Assembly (NCBI GenBank): GCA_963713825.1
Contig: CAVQNG010000003.1
Location: 64,001 to 128,000, forward strand
Origin: an uncultured Acidobacteriota bacterium
GTDB taxonomy: Bacteria > Acidobacteriota > Thermoanaerobaculia > Multivoradales > JAHEKO01
Direction of reading: 5' to 3'
DNA length: 64,000 nt
Part shown: positions 39,468 to 48,465 of the stretch, in pieces
Layout: each line of letters starts with the position of its first letter
Numbering within the stretch: the stretch's first letter is position 1
Position numbers and translations under genes: made by a program
Notes under the pieces: model-generated
Databases searched by the model: none
Seen by the model: the letters and a program-made list of their open reading frames with translations, nothing else
What the model was told of the DNA's origin: nothing

Positions 39468-40976
39468 ATGACTCGATGGCTACTTGTCGCTAGTCCCATG
39501 CTCCTGTTGATTGCGCCACCTGGGCTCGCGCAAGAACCACCTCCGATGAGCGAGGCCAGCGAGACGTGCTTGATGTGTCACGAGGTCCTGCACCCCGGCA
39601 TCGTCAGCGGCTGGAAGTCGAGTCGGCACGCGCAGGTCACGCCTGCCATGGCGATGGCCGTCGAGGACCTCGGCCGTAAGGTGTCGAGCGAGGACGTGCC
39701 GCAAGAGTTGACCGGAGTCGTGGTGGGTTGTGCGGAGTGCCACACGTTGCGACCCGGAGAACATGCCGGCACGTTCGAACACAATGATGCTCAAGTGCAC
39801 ATCGTTGTCAGTCCCCAAGACTGTGCCGTGTGCCACACCGTCGAGGCGGCGCAGTACTCGCAGAACATCATGGCCCACGCACATGGCAATCTCGAGAACA
39901 ACGCGGTGTACCAGGATCTCCAGCACCATGTCCTGGGCGCCCCGACGCGGATCGACGGGGAGCTCTCGTTCGAGCCGCCGAGTGCGGACACCAAAGCTCT
40001 TGGGTGCCTCTACTGCCACGGGACAAGTCTGGCCGTTACGGGTGTCGAAACCCGGGATACGGACCTGGGTGAGATGGAGTTTCCGGTGATCGACGGCTGG
40101 CCGAACCATGGGGTTGGCCGCGTGAACCTGGACGGCAGCCTCGGCTCCTGCTCGCCCTGTCATGCACGACATGCGTTCTCGCTGGAGACGGCCAGGAAGC
40201 CCTACACCTGCAAGCAGTGTCACGTCGGGCCCGACGTGCCGGTTTACAAGGTCTACTCCGCGAGCAAGCACGGAAATATCTTCCACACCAAGCAGCACGA
40301 GTGGAATTTCGACGCGGTGCCCTGGGTGATCGGCAGAGACTTCACGGCCCCGACCTGTGCCGCCTGTCACGTCAGCCTGGTGGTTGACGCGGACGGGGAG
40401 CTCGTCGCCCAGCGCACGCACCAGATGAACAATCGGATCTCCTGGAGGATCTTCGGCCTCGTCTATTCGCACGCCCATCCCAAGGATCCCGACACCACCA
40501 AGATCCGCAACAAGGATGGCTTACCCCTGCCTACGGCGTTTGACGGCACCCCTGCAGCCGACTTTCTGATCGGCCCCGAAGAGCAGGCGAAGAGGCGAGC
40601 CGAGATGGAGGCCATCTGCCTCAAGTGCCACGGGACCTCCTGGGTGAAAGGTCACTTCGCACGCTACGACAAGTCTCACCAGACGACCAATGCCGCCACG
40701 CTCACGGCGACGGGCACGCTGCAGGAGATCTGGGACCTCGGAGCGGCGGAGGGACCCTCCGCAGGAGGCAGCCCGTTCGATGAGGCGATCGAACGGGAGT
40801 GGACTGATATCTGGCTGCTGTACTCCAACTCGATACGGTTCGCCTCAGCGATGGCAGGCGGCGGGGACTATGCCGTTTTCGCCGACGGCTACTACACGCA
40901 CGCGAAGCGGGTTGCCGAGCTGCAGGAGTGGCTCGAAGAACGCCGGAGCTCAGGCGAGCGCTCAGAAAGCAAGTAG
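39468..40976 (+). CDS. Octaheme cytochrome c, hydroxylamine oxidoreductase (HAO) family
   Basis: Signal peptide and eight CxxCH motifs (CLMCH, CAECH, CAVCH, CLYCH, CSPCH, CKQCH, CAACH, CLKCH). WPN.GVGRVN.DGS.GSC, SKHG, APTCA.CH. GAGGAGG SD. Confidence 0.88.
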   Translation: MTRWLLVASPMLLLIAPPGLAQEPPPMSEASETCLMCHEVLHPGIVSGWKSSRHAQVTPAMAMAVEDLGRKVSSEDVPQELTGVVVGCAECHTLRPGEHAGTFEHNDAQVHIVVSPQDCAVCHTVEAAQYSQNIMAHAHGNLENNAVYQDLQHHVLGAPTRIDGELSFEPPSADTKALGCLYCHGTSLAVTGVETRDTDLGEMEFPVIDGWPNHGVGRVNLDGSLGSCSPCHARHAFSLETARKPYTCKQCHVGPDVPVYKVYSASKHGNIFHTKQHEWNFDAVPWVIGRDFTAPTCAACHVSLVVDADGELVAQRTHQMNNRISWRIFGLVYSHAHPKDPDTTKIRNKDGLPLPTAFDGTPAADFLIGPEEQAKRRAEMEAICLKCHGTSWVKGHFARYDKSHQTTNAATLTATGTLQEIWDLGAAEGPSAGGSPFDEAIEREWTDIWLLYSNSIRFASAMAGGGDYAVFADGYYTHAKRVAELQEWLEERRSSGERSESK

Positions 40977-41176
40977 GTCCCGGAGATGGGCCTGCACGCC
41001 GATCAGGAGGAGTGCGGCGCGGTCCAGATCGAGGTGTAGGGTTCCGTTCTTCTCGGCGTGCCAGGTTCGGAGTCTTCTTCCGGTCAACCGAAAAAGGTGG
41101 CGGCCATCGCCACGTGGTCTACAGAGACTGGTACTGAATCTCTGTCAAAGTGAGTTCGAGTTGAAAGGAGGAGGCG

Positions 41177-41564
41177 ATGAGCAGTTATCCGAGAGCCGCC
41201 CCGGGGCTGTTGGTGATCAACGGCTGTCGCCGTCGGTGTCGGGTACTTCGTCGGGCTTGGTCTGGTCGGTGAGAGGGCTGCGGAGGCTGCTGCCTCGCCG
41301 GTCAAGGCATTGGAACAGCTCGCCGTCTATGACCCGGGAACCGAGGATCTTGCACCGGAAGAGATCCGCGTGCGCATGGCCGCGGCCGACGAGGAGATCT
41401 GGCCGACGGATCCAACGCGACCCAAGGAGACGGCGGAAGGTGTTGGCGATTCGTTCTCCGATTTCACCAAGAGCGGCAGGGAGCCGATGACCGAGCTGGT
41501 GAATCAGATCTACGCCGACTTCAACGAGGCGAACGGCACCGACATCCAGATTGAGAAGCACTAG
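41177..41564 (+). pseudogene. Frameshifted, apparently internally deleted remnant of a secreted MBL-fold (RNase Z-like) hydrolase
   Basis: Strong SD AAAGGAGGAGG before ATG 41177. One extra base near 41219 breaks a signal-peptide-like frame. PGTEDLAPEEIRV runs directly into RMAAADEEIWP, which I recall as N- and C-terminal segments of that family. Confidence 0.5.
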
Positions 41565-43256
41565 AGTTTGAAAATGCGGTGACAGGTACCTCATTTCTGT
41601 GCATTCGGGCGCGCAGTCAGCCCGTCCACCCGGCGCTCTGAGCGCTCCAAGTCCCTGAATGGCGAGCTGGGTAGAGGAGTCGGTGCGAGTCGAGCGCAAC
41701 ACCTTGGCGAAGAAGTTGGTGAGCCAGCCGGCGCGATCGGCTCGGATCACAAAGCTGTGGTTGTCGACACGCTCGACGCTGACCACCCCGTTTAGCGAGG
41801 AGAGCACGCGGGTGTCAATCTCACGACTCGTATGGAATTGCAGGATCGTCGGCGGGTAGAAGGTGTAGTAGAGCCCGGGAGTGTTCAGAATCAAAACATG
41901 ATCGGGTTGCTGTTCCTCGACCCAAACCGCAGCGGCCGCGACGTTTTCGCGCAAGTTCTCACCGCTGGGCACGTACATGAATGGGTAGGCGAGCGAGAGA
42001 ACGATTCCTGGCATTACAACAAGGAGCAGCACGGACCATCCGGCGATGCGGGACAACGTCGAAGCTCGCGGCAAATCAGGAATCACCCTGCGTGCCAGAG
42101 GACCGATCTGAACTAGCAGCAAGGCGAGAAGGATGCTCGACACGAGTGACGGGAGATACACTGCGCGCTCACTGGCGTCGGTACCCAGCTGCGGCAGCAG
42201 GGTCCCAAGGTAGACGAGCAACGACCACACCACCAGAGTGTGCTTGCGTATCGTCCAAAGGGCAACGAGCCAGAGAGCAAAAAGAATCGCTCCGGCGGCG
42301 GCCAGCAGCGGAATTGTCTCGGGCATGAAGAGGGCGAGGCTGGGGGGCACCGGGGTGAGCGTTGCCATCCAGGTGACGGGCAGGTGCATCAACAGGTGAA
42401 AGAGAAAGCGCACGGGATCGGCAAAGGGATCCACATACATGGCGCTGCTGACCGTGCCGAAACCGAGCGATCGATAGGCCCCCAGATAGGCGACGATCAC
42501 CAGAAGAGCGGGTGCCCAGGAAGGCCAATCCCCCAAGAATCGGGCCAGCGATGAACGCAATCGAGGAACCGTAAGGCGTTCTACCGTCCGACTCCGACCT
42601 TCCGGCATGAGCAGGGTCATCAGGATGATTGCCAACGGGATGACGACGGCGCTTTCTTTCGACAGCATGGCAGCGACCGTGGAGACGAGCGTGATCACGA
42701 GCATCACGGGTCGTCTCGTGCGCAACCAGGCGGCATGGGTCACCAGAGCCAAGGTTGCGAACACGTTGCAGATCACGTCGGTCATGGTGGCGATCCAACC
42801 CACCACCATGCTGTGATCCTCACAGGCGAGAAAAACGATCCCTGCCAAGAGTCCGATGCCGGGACGACCCGTCAATCCGCGCACCAACAGGAGGAGCAGC
42901 ACGGCGACGAGTCCATGTGCGGCGACGGATAGCAGGTGGAGAGGCAATGCCGACTCGCCGAAGAGCCGAATCGAGCCCTCGAAGAGAAGTGACGGCAGCG
43001 GGCGCCAGAAGCCGCCCATGTCGTATTCACCTTCGAACCACCAGATCCGCGAGAGATCCGGCATATCCTCGAAGGCCCAGAGTCCGAGCCAGCGGGAGAA
43101 GGGTGCCGGATCCTCTCTCAGCGTGTTGAGGAAGAAGAACTCGTCGGCCTGGAAACCGGCAGTCAGGTAGAGGCCGTTGAAGACGAAGGAAAGCAGCAGC
43201 AGCGAGGCGATTGCCAGCCCGGTCCGCCTGAGCCGCTCTGGATCCACGTCGGCCAC
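41217..43256 (-). CDS. Polytopic membrane protein, GT-C/ArnT-like glycosyltransferase; C-terminus probably disrupted near 41690
   Basis: ADE, FWRPL, LHLLS..AH, V.WIA..D, LSKES pattern. The last ~155 aa look out-of-family and overlap the opposite-strand remnant. Confidence 0.65.
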   Translation of the reverse strand: MADVDPERLRRTGLAIASLLLLSFVFNGLYLTAGFQADEFFFLNTLREDPAPFSRWLGLWAFEDMPDLSRIWWFEGEYDMGGFWRPLPSLLFEGSIRLFGESALPLHLLSVAAHGLVAVLLLLLVRGLTGRPGIGLLAGIVFLACEDHSMVVGWIATMTDVICNVFATLALVTHAAWLRTRRPVMLVITLVSTVAAMLSKESAVVIPLAIILMTLLMPEGRSRTVERLTVPRLRSSLARFLGDWPSWAPALLVIVAYLGAYRSLGFGTVSSAMYVDPFADPVRFLFHLLMHLPVTWMATLTPVPPSLALFMPETIPLLAAAGAILFALWLVALWTIRKHTLVVWSLLVYLGTLLPQLGTDASERAVYLPSLVSSILLALLLVQIGPLARRVIPDLPRASTLSRIAGWSVLLLVVMPGIVLSLAYPFMYVPSGENLRENVAAAAVWVEEQQPDHVLILNTPGLYYTFYPPTILQFHTSREIDTRVLSSLNGVVSVERVDNHSFVIRADRAGWLTNFFAKVLRSTRTDSSTQLAIQGLGALRAPGGRADCAPECTEMRYLSPHFQTLVLLNLDVGAVRLVEVGVDLIHQLGHRLPAALGEIGERIANTFRRLLGSRWIRRPDLLVGRGHAHADLFRCKILGSRVIDGELFQCLDRRGSSLRSPLTDQTKPDEVPDTDGDSR

Positions 43257-43359
43257 CTCACGGTGTCGGCACCAGCGATGAGTCGCAGTGCCGACCCGTT
43301 CATTCTAGCGGTGTTGTGTGTCGTGGGTACGGTCCCGGGCGAGAATCTTGGCGTACTGG

Positions 43360-44217
43360 CTACGGCACAACGCCCGACCACCATCTCGTGTCACCGAATT
43401 CGAGATCGTCGAAGAACACGGTGCAATCCTGGGCGAAAAAAGTGGGCTCTGGATTCCCCTCGAAGAGGCCGTCGTGACCGTTGCCGCTGTCGTCAGTGGC
43501 GTCGCCCATGTTGAAGCTGTAGTAGGCCAGCAGGCCGGGTTCGTCACCGTACAGGGGGCAGTCCATGTCGCCTGCGATTGTCGCCGCGTCCCGGGCGTGG
43601 TCCCAAATCCGCACCTCGTCGATGATGCCGTCGAATCGATAGACGAACCCGCCGGTGAAGTTCACTGCTCCTATTAACACGTCTTCGTTTCCATAGTCGA
43701 TCACGGGCGAATCCGCATGGACAATGTTGTCCAGCTGACCATTGATGAAGATCCGCAGCCAGGTCCCGTCAAAGGTCATGGCCACGTGGGCCGAAGTGCC
43801 CATGGGTATCGTGCCGACGGACCACAGGCTCGTTCCGGACACGTAAACCTCAGAGGTTATGCCCACCAGGATCTTGCCGCTGTCGGCACCCGTGGTGGGG
43901 GGAGCCCACCACATGGACCAGGATCCGGCGTGAGCGCCGCCCGCATCCTCGCGGGCTTTGGCGATGATCGGCGCTCCAGGATTGTGAGTCTGCGAATAAC
44001 CGTTCCCGAGAGGGTGGATCCACGCCTCGATGGTTAAGGTCTGCGGCTCGAGGCCGTCGTCATCGGCGATGCGCACCCAGCTGTAATCCACATCACTGGC
44101 GTTTGACAGGTCGATGCCCAGAGGCGCGCCGCCGAATCCTCCGTCCCCAGCCTCGAGGGGACCGCCGGCAATTCCAATCAGAGACACCAACGTGAGTACA
44201 TAGAAGATTGGCTTCAC
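43360..44217 (-). CDS. Secreted LamG/concanavalin A-like domain protein
   Basis: GTG start behind GAGGAGG, signal peptide, LTIEAWI, HVAMTFDG...IFINGQL, FDGIIDEVRIW, ATDDSGNGHDG. Ends in VFFDDLEFGDTRWWS. Confidence 0.85.
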   Translation of the reverse strand: MKPIFYVLTLVSLIGIAGGPLEAGDGGFGGAPLGIDLSNASDVDYSWVRIADDDGLEPQTLTIEAWIHPLGNGYSQTHNPGAPIIAKAREDAGGAHAGSWSMWWAPPTTGADSGKILVGITSEVYVSGTSLWSVGTIPMGTSAHVAMTFDGTWLRIFINGQLDNIVHADSPVIDYGNEDVLIGAVNFTGGFVYRFDGIIDEVRIWDHARDAATIAGDMDCPLYGDEPGLLAYYSFNMGDATDDSGNGHDGLFEGNPEPTFFAQDCTVFFDDLEFGDTRWWSGVVP

Positions 44218-44555
44218 AGGAACCTCCTCTACGTGTTTGTCGTTTTGCAGGCGGAACTGCAGCACACTTGCCCAAATTACCATGGAATTGCAAACAGGTG
44301 TTCCACGAAAGGAGCGTTCACGATTGGTGCCGTCAGTGGTGGGGGGGCGAGAGCGATCGTCAGTTCGGATTCGAGATAGAGCTTCCATTCTCCGTTAGAA
44401 AGAACAGATGAGTCTTCCGGCCGCCTTCGCGCGTGCTTCTGCGAGGATCTCCAGCGCTTCGGAAGGTGAATGGCCAAGGACCTGGGATCAGCGGCCGGCA
44501 ATTTTCGAGGAGCACTGTCTGACAGATCTGCGACCTCAGCGAACGCATCGCCTCG

Positions 44556-45173
44556 TCAATCCGGTCTGAAAAAGCTCCATGTCGTCAGCTCAGGCGCCAC
44601 GACCGCCTTGCCGACAACCTGGTAGCCCAGATACTCATAGAGCGAGACGTTGGCCGGATCCTCTGTGGTGAGCGTAACCCCCTCGGATTCAGCGTCGTCG
44701 AGGGAGAGCAGGTGGACATGCTCGATCAGCCGGCGCCCATGCCCCTCACCCTGAGCTCTGCGGCGCACGCCGATCATGTTGAGGTGGATGTGGGGGACCG
44801 CGACCTGGAACGGAGCGCTGGCGGCACCGAACGCTTCGTACCGGCCACGCGCTGAAGCGCCCAGCTCTGCCCACACCTTCTCTCGCAGGTGGCCCAACTC
44901 CGGCGGGGCCTCTGGCCCTTTGGGGCGCGAAACAAGCGCTGCGGCGGCGAGTCCCTTGTCGTCTCCGATGCCGAGAAGGACCTCCTTCCGGAGGACTCGG
45001 GCCATGACGAAGAAGTGAATGAGAGTCTGGAGCTGATTCTGGTAGTGCCGCAGGGCAGGACGCAGAACGAAACGCATGGCCGGATAGTCGAAGAAGGACT
45101 CGCAAAGCACGCCCACCACCTCTCCGACACCTTCTTCGCCCAGCTCGACAGCATTTCCGCCCACTTCACCCAT
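44556..45173 (-). CDS. GNAT family N-acetyltransferase
   Basis: HLNMIGV...QGEGHGRRL, L.T..P.NVSLYE.LGY. Confidence 0.85.
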   Translation of the reverse strand: MGEVGGNAVELGEEGVGEVVGVLCESFFDYPAMRFVLRPALRHYQNQLQTLIHFFVMARVLRKEVLLGIGDDKGLAAAALVSRPKGPEAPPELGHLREKVWAELGASARGRYEAFGAASAPFQVAVPHIHLNMIGVRRRAQGEGHGRRLIEHVHLLSLDDAESEGVTLTTEDPANVSLYEYLGYQVVGKAVVAPELTTWSFFRPD

Positions 45174-45248
45174 GGATTTCTCTACTCCTCCCATGCCACC
45201 TTTGCAGTCCGCAACCCGGACGAGCTCAGTCAAATGCTGGCGTCGGCG

Positions 45249-45668
45249 TCAGCCTCGCTTGGGGAGCGCCTTTGCGAGGATGAGCACGAGGAAACCAACC
45301 GTCGCGGTCGTCGGCTGCATCCAAGAGACGTATCCGATGATGACCAATTGTACCGCCAGCCAAACGAACAGGATCGCAACAGCACCGAAGGCTGCCGGGC
45401 GGGCGAACCGACGCCTTAGGAAGACGGCAATCGCCGCAACAAGAGAGGAGCCGCCCACAACTAAGAACAGGATGAGACTCGGGATGAAGTAGTCGCTGAA
45501 AGGCGTCCCACTGAGCCATTCAACCGGCACGCCCTCCGCCCCGGACATACCGTAGAAACCCCCAGCAAAGGCGTTCAAGGCAACGAAGACAAGCAGCGCT
45601 CCCAAGACATAGCGGATCAGGTTGTGGCGTGACTTGCGCTGGCGATCGCTCATACCAGGCTCATCCAT
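45249..45668 (-). CDS. Hypothetical four-TM membrane protein
   Basis: ALNAFAGG, WLSGTPFSDYFIPSLILF.VVG, W..VQ pattern. Co-oriented with neighbours. Confidence 0.7.
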   Translation of the reverse strand: MDEPGMSDRQRKSRHNLIRYVLGALLVFVALNAFAGGFYGMSGAEGVPVEWLSGTPFSDYFIPSLILFLVVGGSSLVAAIAVFLRRRFARPAAFGAVAILFVWLAVQLVIIGYVSWMQPTTATVGFLVLILAKALPKRG

Positions 45669-45717
45669 TCAAAAGAGACCCGCAGCATGAGTAGCCGAGG
45701 GCTGCTGCAACGCGTTG

Positions 45718-46188
45718 TCAGGCCTCTTTTCGCTTGATCCCTGACACATGCGACGCAACCGCTCGCCAAGTGCCATCTCGTTTGATCAGAACGTTGGTCG
45801 ACTGGTACTCGAGAGTGTAGGGCCCTTGCTCATCGGTGCCAGAGACGAGGCCTCTCCCGGCGACGATGGCAGAGCCGTTCTCGAAGATGTCCAGGCGAAT
45901 GATCTCGAAGACGAGCGAATCGTAGGAAGGAGGATTCGAGCGCACCCACTCCAATTCGTCTGCTTTGGTGGACCAGTTTCCTTCGGCGTCCACCATCTGG
46001 AACTCGTCCGCAAGGAGCGAATCGAGTAGCGCTACATCCTGCTCGGCATAGGCCCGTGGCCAGAGCACTTCTTTGATTTCGCGAAGGGCAGCTTCATCGG
46101 AGGGCTCTTCCGCCCCGAAAGAACCTGCCACAGGGACCATCAGGAGCATGGCGATCAGCACGGCGGTGCGGTAGCGAGTGGCTATCAT
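45718..46188 (-). CDS. Secreted NTF2-like (DUF4440) protein
   Basis: Signal peptide, DV..LD.LLADEF, T.VL.KRDG.WR.VASH.S. GGAG SD. Confidence 0.8.
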   Translation of the reverse strand: MIATRYRTAVLIAMLLMVPVAGSFGAEEPSDEAALREIKEVLWPRAYAEQDVALLDSLLADEFQMVDAEGNWSTKADELEWVRSNPPSYDSLVFEIIRLDIFENGSAIVAGRGLVSGTDEQGPYTLEYQSTNVLIKRDGTWRAVASHVSGIKRKEA

Positions 46189-46332
46189 TCTGTTCTCCGA
46201 ATGCAATTGTACTCTCCCAATGGAAGCTGCCTGCTGCGGCAAGGTCTCCGGGGATCTCGACACACCCAGCTGATGCTCTAGAAGTTCCAATCCATTCCCC
46301 TAGCTGCGGCGTAGGCTCCTGAAAACACGGTC

Positions 46333-47670
46333 ATGAAGACTCTCGTCCAAACTCTGCTTCAGCCGATCTCCCCTGAGCGCCGCCGTGTCAGCTCCGGGCG
46401 ATTCCAGGATCTGCCGGACTCTCTGAAGACGCCTGAACAGATTATCGGCTTCGCTCATCACTCGTGTGGTGCAACACACGGCGTGCTGGAGCGCTGTGAC
46501 TTCGCCTGTACCAGTTGCTATCTGGGCGAGGAGGCCAACGCTGCAGAGCCTCTGCCCAGGGAGGAGGTCTTTCAGCAACTCGATCAGCTGCGCGAGTTCT
46601 TGGGTCCGCAGGGTAAGGCACAAATCACCGCGGGAGAGGTCACTCTGCTTCCCCGTGAAGTGCTGGGAGAGTATGTGCGCTATGCGATCGACATCGGACT
46701 CGATCCGATGGTCATGACGCACGGTCGCCGCTTCCTCCAGGAGCCGGAATATCTACAGCGGCTGATCGAAGAAGACGGTCTGGAGAAGATCTCTATCCAT
46801 GTCGACGCCACGCAACGGGGGCGGGAGGAGTGGAGTCCCTTTGTCACAGAAGGACAGCTCAACCCGGTCAGAGATCGGTATGCGAATCTGATTCGCCACA
46901 TGCGGGCCAAGACGGGTCGAAAGCTCCACGCCGCCCACACCGTCACGGTCACCCAGAAGAACCTCGATCAGATACCGACTATCATGCGCTGGCTCGTTCG
47001 CAATCTCGATGCCTTCAGGATGGTGAGCTTTCAACCCGTGGCCGAAGTAGGGAGAACCGAGGATCAAGCCAGTGCTGACTTGACGCTGACCGATGTCTGG
47101 GAACACATTGGCACGGCTCTCGGAAAGCCCCTCAACCGGGACGCCATGCACTTTGGGCATCCCGAATGCCACATCATGATCCCCGTGGTCGTGGTTCGCG
47201 TCGGCGAGGAGCTCTGCGTTCTGGAAACGGTCCGAGCCGGAAAGAGCTGGGACCGTTCCTACCTACGGAACCTGCTTCGAGCGGTCGGTGGCTATACGGT
47301 TCGCGGCAAGAGCCGGGGCGAGAACCTCCTGGGAATCGCCTCGCTGACCCTTCACAACCCGCTTCTACTCCTCGAGACGCTCTTCTACGGCTTGTACCGC
47401 ATATGGGGTGATCGACGAGATCTGGCCCGGATCCTCCTGCAAGCCATTCGAAGACGTACCATGAGCGTCCGCCCCCTCGCTCTCGTGGTCCACAAGTTCA
47501 TGAGCTCAGGGGAGCTCGAGACACCCCTGGGGCGGGAACGTCTTCAGGCGTGCACTTTTCGAGTTCCCGTGGAGGGTAGGATGATCCCGATGTGTGAGCT
47601 CAACGCGACGGGCCTGCGATCGAAGCTGTACCCGGCAGCCCGTCCCAGAAAGGTGGTTGGGGAATCATGA
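46333..47670 (+). CDS. Radical SAM protein of unknown function
   Basis: CDFACTSC (CxxxCxxC), QITAGEVTL, SFQP.A.VGR. C-terminal ACTF.VP..G.MIPMC. Confidence 0.82.
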   Translation: MKTLVQTLLQPISPERRRVSSGRFQDLPDSLKTPEQIIGFAHHSCGATHGVLERCDFACTSCYLGEEANAAEPLPREEVFQQLDQLREFLGPQGKAQITAGEVTLLPREVLGEYVRYAIDIGLDPMVMTHGRRFLQEPEYLQRLIEEDGLEKISIHVDATQRGREEWSPFVTEGQLNPVRDRYANLIRHMRAKTGRKLHAAHTVTVTQKNLDQIPTIMRWLVRNLDAFRMVSFQPVAEVGRTEDQASADLTLTDVWEHIGTALGKPLNRDAMHFGHPECHIMIPVVVVRVGEELCVLETVRAGKSWDRSYLRNLLRAVGGYTVRGKSRGENLLGIASLTLHNPLLLLETLFYGLYRIWGDRRDLARILLQAIRRRTMSVRPLALVVHKFMSSGELETPLGRERLQACTFRVPVEGRMIPMCELNATGLRSKLYPAARPRKVVGES

Positions 47671-48461
47671 CAACGGCATCCATTCGCTTTCGCCTCGTGC
47701 TATCGATCCTCTGCGCTATCGTGGTCGGGTCGATGTCGATCTCCGCCAGAGCCGCTGATTTCTCCTACGACGACTGGAACGTTGTCCTGAAGAAGTACGT
47801 CGACGACAATGGCTTGGTCGACTACCAGGGCCTGGCAGCGGACCGCCAGGCGCTCGACCGGTTCATCAGCCAGATCGAGACCACCGGCCCCAAGAGCGAC
47901 CCTGAGGCCTTCCCGACTCGGGAGCATCGGCTCGCTTACTACATCAATGCCTACAACGCCCAGGTGTTCAAGGGCGTCCTGAGTCTGTCACCTGATACCA
48001 AGACGGTCTGGGGATTCACCGGTACAGGCCTCGGCTTTTTTGTTCGCATGAAGGTGACCGTCGATGGCGAGACGATGAGCCTAAAGTCCCTGGAGGACGA
48101 CATCATTCGCGATGGATTCAAAGACCCCCGGATCCACGCCGCCCTCAACTGCGCCTCGGTGGGGTGTCCGAAGTTACCCGCCGAGGCTTTTGTGGCCAAG
48201 CGACTCGACGAGCAGCTCGACGCCGAGATGACGAAGTTCGTCAACGAGGAGCGCAACTGCAAGATCGACGCGGCGGCGGGGACTGCAACCCTATCGAAGA
48301 TCTTCGACTGGTTCCGAGAGGACTTCGAAGAGTATGAAGCGGCACACGGGGGCGGTGGTCTGCGGGAGTACATCAATCGCTACCGCCCCGCCGACGCCCA
48401 GCTCAACGCCGAGCTCAGGCTGGAGTTCTCCAAGTACGACAAGAGCCTGAATCGGCAGTAA
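47667..48461 (+). CDS. DUF547 domain secreted protein
   Basis: GLVDY, LAYYINAYNA, DPRIHAALNCAS.GCP, LSKIFDWF.EDF, YD.SLN. ATGA overlap with the rSAM gene. Confidence 0.9.
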   Translation: MTTASIRFRLVLSILCAIVVGSMSISARAADFSYDDWNVVLKKYVDDNGLVDYQGLAADRQALDRFISQIETTGPKSDPEAFPTREHRLAYYINAYNAQVFKGVLSLSPDTKTVWGFTGTGLGFFVRMKVTVDGETMSLKSLEDDIIRDGFKDPRIHAALNCASVGCPKLPAEAFVAKRLDEQLDAEMTKFVNEERNCKIDAAAGTATLSKIFDWFREDFEEYEAAHGGGGLREYINRYRPADAQLNAELRLEFSKYDKSLNRQ

Positions 48462-48465
48462 GCGA

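Noticed and set aside
39468-40976. Evidence for ammonia oxidation or anammox
   Set aside because: No amo, cycAB or hzs genes, and the cross-link Tyr seems to be missing.
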